Below the pieces are notes generated by a model. That model was not told the DNA's origin, searched no databases, and saw nothing but the letters and a program-made list of their open reading frames with translations. A stretch of 64,000 bases of DNA from contig NIVC01001641.1 in the NCBI GenBank assembly GCA_002269645.1, forward strand, positions 1 through 64,000, written 5' to 3'. The stretch's first letter is position 1. Every line of letters starts with the position of its first letter. A program made the translations under genes and the position numbers. Shown in pieces: positions 52,622-64,000 of this stretch. This DNA is from Macrostomum lignano (lineage: Eukaryota).

Positions 52622-53160
52622 GTGCTGCTGCTGCTGACGGTGCAGGAGGTGATGCTGACGGTGCAGGTGATGCCGACAGTGCAGGAGGTGATGCTGACGG
52701 TGCAGGTGATGCTGACGGTGCAGGTGATGCCGACAGTGCAGGAGGTGATGCTGACGGTGCAGGTGATGCTGACGGTGCAGGTGATGCTGACGGTGCAGGT
52801 GATGCTGACGGTGCAGGTGATGCCGACAGTGCAGGAGGTGATGCTGACGGTGCAGGTGATGCTGACGGTGCAGGTGATGCTGACGGTGCAGGTGATGCTG
52901 ACGGTGCAGGTGATGCCGACGGTGCAGGAGGTGATGCTGACGGTGCAGGAGGTGATGCTGACGGTGCAGGAGGTGATGCCGACAGTGCAGGAGGTGATGC
53001 CGACAGTGCGTGAGGTGATGCCGACAGTGCAGGAGGTGATGCCGACGGTGCAGGAGGTGATGCCGACGGTGCAGGAGGTGATGCCGACAGTGCAGGAGGT
53101 GATGCCGACGGTGCAGGAGGTGATGCCGACAGTGCAGGAGGTGATGCTGACAGTGCAGGA
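52622..53160. repeat. 18/21-bp repeat (gtgatgctgacggtgcag[gag]) downstream of the ARMC5 stop
   Basis: About 27 copies; generates the His-rich and Thr/Val-rich ORFs 52586-53626. Confidence 0.93.
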
Positions 53161-53364
53161 ACCCTGCCAGCAAGGACAGGCGCACACTCGGCATTTCGAC
53201 TGCCTGCTGGCTTTTATAAGGCCTAACAGCAGCAGCCCAGTGTCTTTCTTGCTTTCTTTCATTTCTTTCGGCGCACTGTTTTATCGGTGTTGTCGATTAA
53301 CAAAAGACTTCCTCACAGAACCTCTTTCGGATGGTCTGAATCTACTGAGACTGATAGAAGTCGC

Positions 53365-56300
53365 TCACAGAGCCGCCAGTGCGGCATCGCAGAAGCTGTA
53401 CAGGAAGTCGTGCAGCCAGCGGCCCCGATCCTCGCACATGCCGGCCAGCCGGCTGTCAGGCGTCAGAACGTCGGCCAGTTCAACGCCGAGGCGGCCGCTG
53501 GCCAGCAGGCGGGCCAGACAGAGCCTGGCTAGCTCGGAGTCCCTGAACACGCTGGCAGCGGTTAGCAGGCGACTCAACGGCGACTCAACAGTGGATGAAG
53601 AAGACGCCGGAGATGCTGAGAAATAAACAAACGATGCCCGCATCAGCACCGCCTCGGCAGCCGACGGCAAGTCCAGCAGGAACCGGCGCCTGCAGGCGAC
53701 AAGTCGCAGATAGTCGGCGAGCCGACGGAACGGCCCCGACTGGAGGTGCAGACAGGCGGAGCCCGAGTTCGCGCAGCCGTAGGCCAGGTGCAGCACGGAC
53801 TCAACAGTAGGCGGGTCAACATCGCGCAGCTGGATCCTGGTCGAGCCGGACTCGGCGAAGCTGCCAGCCAGGAGGGCTCGGAAATAATCCGACCGGGCGG
53901 TGAGGGCGGCCCGGTGACAGGACAGGCCGCTGGGCAGCGGTGAGTCCGCATCACCGTCCAGCGATGACGGAAAAGTCAGCAACAGGTCGGCTGGCTCAGA
54001 GGCGATTCGAGCGCCGAACTGGCAGGTCGGGGAGCTCAGCTTGTCCTGTTGAATCTGGCGCTGCAAGCTGCCCCGCTGGAGTAGAAGAGTCCAGGCAATG
54101 TCGGCGGCGGAGCAGCTGGTGCTGCTGCTCAGGCGCAGGCTGGAGCTGACCACATCGGACAGTCGCTGGCCGGGGGGACCCAGCCGGCTCAGGCACAGGT
54201 GCAGCAGGCGCCTCAGGCCCAGCCCAGCCAGTTCAGCGTCTGGCGACTCGGCATTGTCAGCAGCGGCGTCTTCGGGTTCGTCGGATCGCCGCAGCAGACG
54301 GAATAGCCGGGCTACGAAGCCTGTGGCCCGGTGAGCTCGGCAGATTGTCGATGACTCAACCGTTGCTATGGTGACGGTGGGGTCAGTCCGATGGTCGCTC
54401 GGCCGGCCCGGCCTGAGCAGTAGACAGGGCAGGCTGAGGGCGCACAGGCGGGCGAGCCCGGGCCGCCGGCCAGAGGAGGCGAACCTGGACAGCGAGCGCA
54501 GGGTCTCCAGACCGAAGTGACTGCCAGCAGTGATGGCCGCTCTGTCCAGCACCTGCGGTTTTATTGCCAAATATCATATTATCTGTGCCATTTTTATCTT
54601 ATCTCTGGCTTTCCAATCTAATCTCTGGCCTTCCAATCCAATTTCTGACGTTGTTATCTAATCTCTAGCTGTCTCAAACAATCTATGCCATTCTTATTTA
54701 ATCTCTGGCCGACTCATCCTATGTCTGGCCGTCCCATCCAATCTCTGGCCGTCTCATCTAATCTCTGGCTGTCTTATCCAATCTCTGGCTGGCTCATCTG
54801 CCCTTCTTATCTAATCTCTGGCCGTCTAATCTAATCTCTGGCTTGCTAATCCAATCTCTGCTCTTCTTATCTAATATATGGCCATCCGATCCAATCTCTG
54901 GCCGTCCCGTCTCATCCAATCTCTAGCAGTCTCATTCAATCTCTGCCCTTCTTATCTTATTTCTGGCCGTCTCATCCAATCTCTGGCTGCCTCATCCAAT
55001 CTCTGGCTGTCTCATCCAATATCTGGCCGTCTCATTAATATATGGCTGTCTCATCCAATCTCGACTGCCCTTCTCATTCAATCTCTGCCCTTCTTATCTC
55101 TAATTTCTCTTCTGTCCTTCTCTCTTGACCTTGACCTCCAATTCTACAAGTAACCGAACTTGCTAACCCTCACCTGATCGAGCTCGTAGCAGCTGCCCGA
55201 GCACCTTGCGGACGCTGTCTCCGCCCTGAGGCTACCGCTAGTAGCGCCAGCAGCCCTGCAGTCGGGGTCGAACCGCCTGGCCAAGGCCAGCACGCATCCG
55301 CCAGAGATGAGCGGCTCCAGCGCGAATTGGCAGCCGGCCAGCTGCCTCATGAGCAGCCAGCAGCGCAGGTGAGGCCTGGCAATCAGGTAGTCAACAAGCA
55401 GGCGCAGCGTGGCCGCGGGTTCCAGCAATGCCGGCCGCAGGCGAGAGTCGCTGGCCAGCTGGGTCAGGCAATGCAGAGCCGCGCCTTCCACATCGCCGAG
55501 AGTCACCGGCTCGCCGTCGGGCTCAGCTGCTTCATCGGCCTCATCAACGCCAAGCGCCTCCTCTTCGGGCACCACCTCTGAGAATAGCGAGGCAGCGTCG
55601 TCGTCATAAAAGTCGTCGTCGTCATTGTCGTCCCTGACGACGCCGTGGAAGTCTTCAGGATCGTCAGCAAAATCATCGTCGCAGTCTGAGGAGGCTGACG
55701 AAGCCGCTGAAGAAGAATCACCGGACGAAGCGGCCGAGGAGGAGCCGGAAGACGCAGACGAGGCAGCGGGCGAATACGGCGGAGTCGGGTAGATGGGACT
55801 TGCACAGGTAGAGATTGCTGTTGTTGCTTTCGGCGCTGCTGCAGATTTTGTTGCAGATTTTGCAGCGGCAGTTTTTGAGCTGGCCAAGTTCGACGCCGAG
55901 GACAGACTCTCGGCCTCGGCTTGTGAGCTCGCTGCAGATGTCGAAGCAGCAGCTTCGTCGGTGAGGGTGGCGACCAGGGCTGAGGCGAGGCCCCAGCGGG
56001 CCAGCTCGGCCAGGCCCCGCCTGTCGTAGGCAAAGCAGGCGATGCACCGCATGGCCGTCAGGCGGACCACCTGCCAGCTGAAGCGACAGCGCAGCGCTAC
56101 GATCAGCACTCGATGACAGTCGGACTCGGCCGGGAGTCGAACTCGCGACCACGGATCGGCGCACAGCCGGTGATAGGCGGCCAGAGATCGGCGAACAAGT
56201 CGGCGCCGCCCGCGACGCTGCTGGCTGGCGGGCTGGTCGGCCTGGAGTTGCAGCAGCAGCAGGCGGGCCAGGCAGGCGGGGAAGCCGGCCCGAAGGCAGG

Positions 56301-57609
56301 CCTGGCGACCCGGGGCGGAGCAGCGGCACAGCGCGGCCAGGCAGTTGAAGGCCAGGCGGCTGTCATCGCCGCCCAGCAGGCCGGCAGAAGCGACGGTCAC
56401 CAGCGGGCTGCAGTCGAGATCGTCGGCCGTCAGGTGCTCAGGTGAGCAGGCTGGCAGCAGGTGGCCGAGCAGCCGGATAATAGCGGTGGTGATCACCGAG
56501 GCCGAGGACTTGGCGGGCTTTGACGCCTGCGCTGCTGACTGTTGCTGCCGCTTCGGAGGCTGGGACTGCGGCTGCTGGCCTGGAGATCTGCAGGGTGGGG
56601 AATCGTAAATGCATGGTTTGCATGAGGATCTGGGAGGCTGGCCCAGCAACTGAGGATCTGGGAGCCTAGCCCAGCAACTGAGGATCTGGGAGCCTGGCCC
56701 AGCAACTGGGGATCTGGGAGGCTGGCCCAGCAACTGGGGATCTGGGAGGCTGACCCAGCAACTGAGGATCTGGTAGCCTGGCCCAGCAACTGGGGATCTG
56801 GGAGGCTGGCCCAGAGACTGAGGATCTGGGAGGCTGGCCCAGCAACTGAGGATTTGGGAGGCTGGCCCAGCAACTGAGGATCTGGGAGGCTGGCCCAGAG
56901 ACTGAGGATCTGGGAGGCTGGTCCAGCAACTGGGGATCTGGGAGGCTAGCCCAGCAACTGGGGATCTGGGAGGCTGGCCCAGAGACTGAGGATCTGGGAG
57001 GCTGGCCCAGCAACTGAGGATCTGGGAGGCTGGCCCAGCAACTGGGGATCTGGGAGGCTGGCCCAGAGACTGAGGATCTGGGAGGCTGGCCCAGCAACTG
57101 AGGATTTGGGAGGCTGGCCCAGCAACTGAGGATTTGGGAGGCTGGCCCAGCAACTGAGGATTTGGGAGGCTGGCCCAGCAACTGAGGATCTGGAAGGCTG
57201 GCCCAGCAACTGAGGATCTGGAAGGCTGGCCCAGCAACTGAGGATCTGGAAGGCTGGCCCAGCAACTGAGGATCTGTGTGTCCGGGAGGCCTCACCTGGA
57301 GAGTCTGGCAGCCAGTTTATTCAGCAGGTGCGGACAGGCGCCAGCCGCCGCCAGCCGCTGCGGCCCGCCAGGCAGGCGAGTCACCAGGCGTAGACATCGA
57401 ACCGACAGATAGACTTCAACATCGTCGGTGTCTTCCGCATCAGCATTCGCCATGGCAACCAATTGTTCGCTGGCCTCCATAGCAACGGGCGGAGCGGCCG
57501 ATCGCAGCAGGTCGTGAATGCGTCGCTTAGCAACCAGAGAAGCGCCGGGGCCGCCGGAGGATTTGAGCAGGGAGTAGCTGGACAGCAGCGAGTCCAGCTG
57601 GCCGGCCAT
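53365..57609 (-). CDS. ARMC5: Armadillo repeat-containing protein 5 (ARM repeats plus C-terminal BTB), 971 aa, 3 exons
   Basis: Exons 57296-57609, 55174-56587, 53365-54552 in phase. FAYDRRGLAELARWGLASALVATL resembles ARMC5 [29 protein letters not shown] resembles CALTLPFIC; BTB HRAALTARSDYFRALLAGSFAES. Confidence 0.85.
54600..55110. repeat. Degenerate ~20-bp repeat (atccaatctctggccgtctc) in ARMC5 intron 2
   Basis: Irregular tandem copies. Confidence 0.85.
56625..57275. repeat. ~29-30-bp minisatellite (ggatctgggaggctggcccagcaactga) in ARMC5 intron 1
   Basis: About 22 copies; extends ORF 55144-57237 artificially. Confidence 0.94.
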
Positions 57610-58369
57610 GGCATCTCAGTGGCGAGGCATCAAATCAAATTTTCGTCTAACCGGATGAAGAGCAAGCCGCTAGTCTTTGTATACTAAGAAGGCAATAAAA
57701 GAACAAAGAGGAAACGCTGAAAAAGTGTTCTGTTTATAATTCATAACTGCTTGCATAGTTTAATGGAAGGTTTAAATACGAAGTAGGTTTATTTGTGTTT
57801 GTAATAATATAGTATATAACAATTTACAGTATACGAAATGAGAGCTTCGATATCAGTACAGAAGTATAAGTACCATAGTGTAAGAGTCTTGTACCGGAAA
57901 GTAGTGTAATGCGAGCATATTGGGTAGGGCCAGAGTAACTCTACCGAATCCCAACTCAGGGTGAAATTCTCTCTAACACGGGGTAGCCAGATTCAAACAA
58001 AACAAAACAAATTGGCAAAAATATAAAAAAACGATTTGAAAGATTTCTGGGCTACCCCGCTAAATCTCCGGTTTCTTAAATTTGGTAAAACAATATGCAA
58101 AACAGCTACTTACCAAAGTAAGTAGTATTGGGTCTTGGTGAGTCAGAGAGTCGGCGGAGCAGCAGGCAGGGCAAAAATAAGCTTTGTACAAACAAGATAA
58201 AGAAAAATACATCTCCGTAAAACAATGGTAAGCGTACAGATGAATAAAACACTTTGTTTAACAGAAGCCATTATTGATTGGTGAAATCCCAGGTACAGGT
58301 TTTCTATAAAATCATCCTAAGGTTGCACTTGACCCGAGGATCAGACCAGTTCAAGGCGATTCTTGAGGT

Positions 58370-58800
58370 GGATTTAGGGGGCGATTCTCACGGTAATTTA
58401 TGGGGCGATTCTCATGGTGGATTATGGGGCAATTCTCAGGGTGGATTATGAGGCGATTCTCAGGGTGGATTTTGGGGCGATTCTCATGGTGGATTATGGG
58501 GCGAATCTAAGTGGCGATTCTCAGGGTGGATTATGAGGCGATTGTCAGGGTGATTTTGGGGCGATTTTCATGGTGGATTATGGGGCGAATCTAAGTGGCG
58601 ATTCTCAGGGTGGATTATGAGGCGATTGTCAGGGTGATTTTGGGGCGATTTTCATGGTGGATTATGGGGCGAATCTAAGTGGCAATTCTCATGGTAGATT
58701 ATGGGGCGATTCTCATGGTGGATTATGGGGCGATTCTCAGGGTGGATTATGGAGCGAATGTAAGGGGCGATTCTCAGAGTGGTTTATGGGGCGAATTTTA
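58370..58800. repeat. ~24-bp minisatellite (ggggcgattctcagggtggattat) between ARMC5 and JADE
   Basis: About 17 diverged copies. Confidence 0.9.
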
Positions 58801-58956
58801 TATCGTTTACTACGGGGGCTGGACAATTCTGGGAAAGAAATCTAAAAATATCAGATATCGCAAGGCCATTTTCAGAACGTGTTCGAAAACCCCAAGCCGC
58901 AAAATCCCGTAGACAACTTGACAATTTGAATTACTTATCATTTATAACAAACAAAA

Positions 58957-63000
<4,044 letters not shown>

Positions 63001-63214
63001 CTGAGGAATGCGGGTGAGATTGGGGCAGTCCAATCTGGTCAAGTCTGCTATTATGCTGGAAACTTTACTCGTGTCAATACAAAAAGTGACGATTTACTGA
63101 AAAACATCACGCTTACTCGTAAAAGAGCCATTTCTAGGAAATACTGATTTGGCAGAAGCTTCCACTTTGCAATGGACAGTTCTTTAAAATCGTAGTTAGA
63201 CAGACCTGAGAAGA

Positions 63215-63955
63215 CAAACAGACAGACAAACACACAAACAAGGCAAGCAGACAGTCAGACACACAAACAAGGCAAGCAGACAGTCAGACACACAAACAAG
63301 TCAAGCAGACAGTCAGACACACAAACAAGGCAAGCAGACAGTCAGACACACAAACAAGGCAAGCAGACAGTCAGACACACAAACAAGGCAAGCAGACAGT
63401 CAGACACACAAACAAGGCAAGCAGACAGTCAGACACACAAACAAGGCAAGCAGACAGTCAGACACACAAACAAGGCAAGCAGACAGTCAGACACACAAAC
63501 AAGGCAAGCAGACAGTCAGACACACAAACAAGGCAAGCAGACAGTCAGACACACAAACAAGGCAAGCAGACAGTCAGACACACAAACAAGGCAAGCAGAC
63601 AGTCAGACACACAAACAAGGCAAGCAGACAGTCAGACACACAAACAAGGCAAGCAGACAGTCAGACACACAAACAAGGCAAGCAGACAGTCAGACACACA
63701 AACAAGGCAAGCAGACAGTCAGACACACAAACAAGGCAAGCAGACAGTCAGACACACAAACAAGGCAAGCAGACAGTCAGACACACAAACAAGGCAAGCA
63801 GACAGACAGACAAACAGGCCAGAACAGACAGACAGACACACAAACAAGGCAAGCAGACAGACAGACAAACAGGCCAGAACAGACAGACAGACAGTCAAAC
63901 AGGCCAGAACAGACAGGCACGGGAGACAGACAGACAGACAGTCAAACAGGTCAGA

Positions 63956-63991
<36 letters not shown>

Positions 63992-64000
63992 TCAAACAGG
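63215..64000. repeat. 29-bp minisatellite (cagacagtcagacacacaaacaaggcaag), runs off the window end
   Basis: About 20 near-identical copies degenerating into GACA repeats. Confidence 0.96.

Noticed and set aside
52586-53626. His-rich and Val/Thr-rich ORFs next to ARMC5
   Set aside because: Products of an 18/21-bp repeat downstream of the ARMC5 stop codon.

Overview
Eukaryotic (metazoan) genomic DNA with GC-rich exons, GT-AG introns and a different mini- or microsatellite filling most introns. This style suggests a free-living flatworm such as Macrostomum (inference; not provable from this window). Gene models built by hand from splice sites and phase: liprin-alpha first coding exon (-), tetraspanin (+, 6 exons), an uncharacterised type I membrane glycoprotein with a duplicated ectodomain and one frameshift (-), alpha1-adrenergic-like GPCR (-, 4 exons), a secreted multidomain protein (+, 7 exons), an intronless divergent TRP(V)-like channel (+), an ADAM metalloprotease (-, 14 exons), MTHFS (-), ARMC5 (-) and JADE/PHF17-like (-, 5' end outside the window). 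Mobile DNA: three copies of a tRNA-headed CORE-like SINE, a 2.2 kb solo LTR with TSD, a TTAA-flanked MITE, a LINE 3' fragment and foldback elements. Top candidate for a new system is the gene at 24012-29023. It encodes signal peptide - FN3-like - insulin B-chain-like C-X11-C - F-type lectin domain - CUB - KR - insulin A-chain motif CC-X3-C-X8-C, i.e. an insulin-family precursor whose 'C-peptide' appears to be two folded domains. Other highlights are a probably GPI-anchored, mucin-stalked ADAM and an alpha1-adrenoceptor-like gene sharing the vertebrate TM6 intron position. All homology calls come from recognising motifs by eye; no searches were run.
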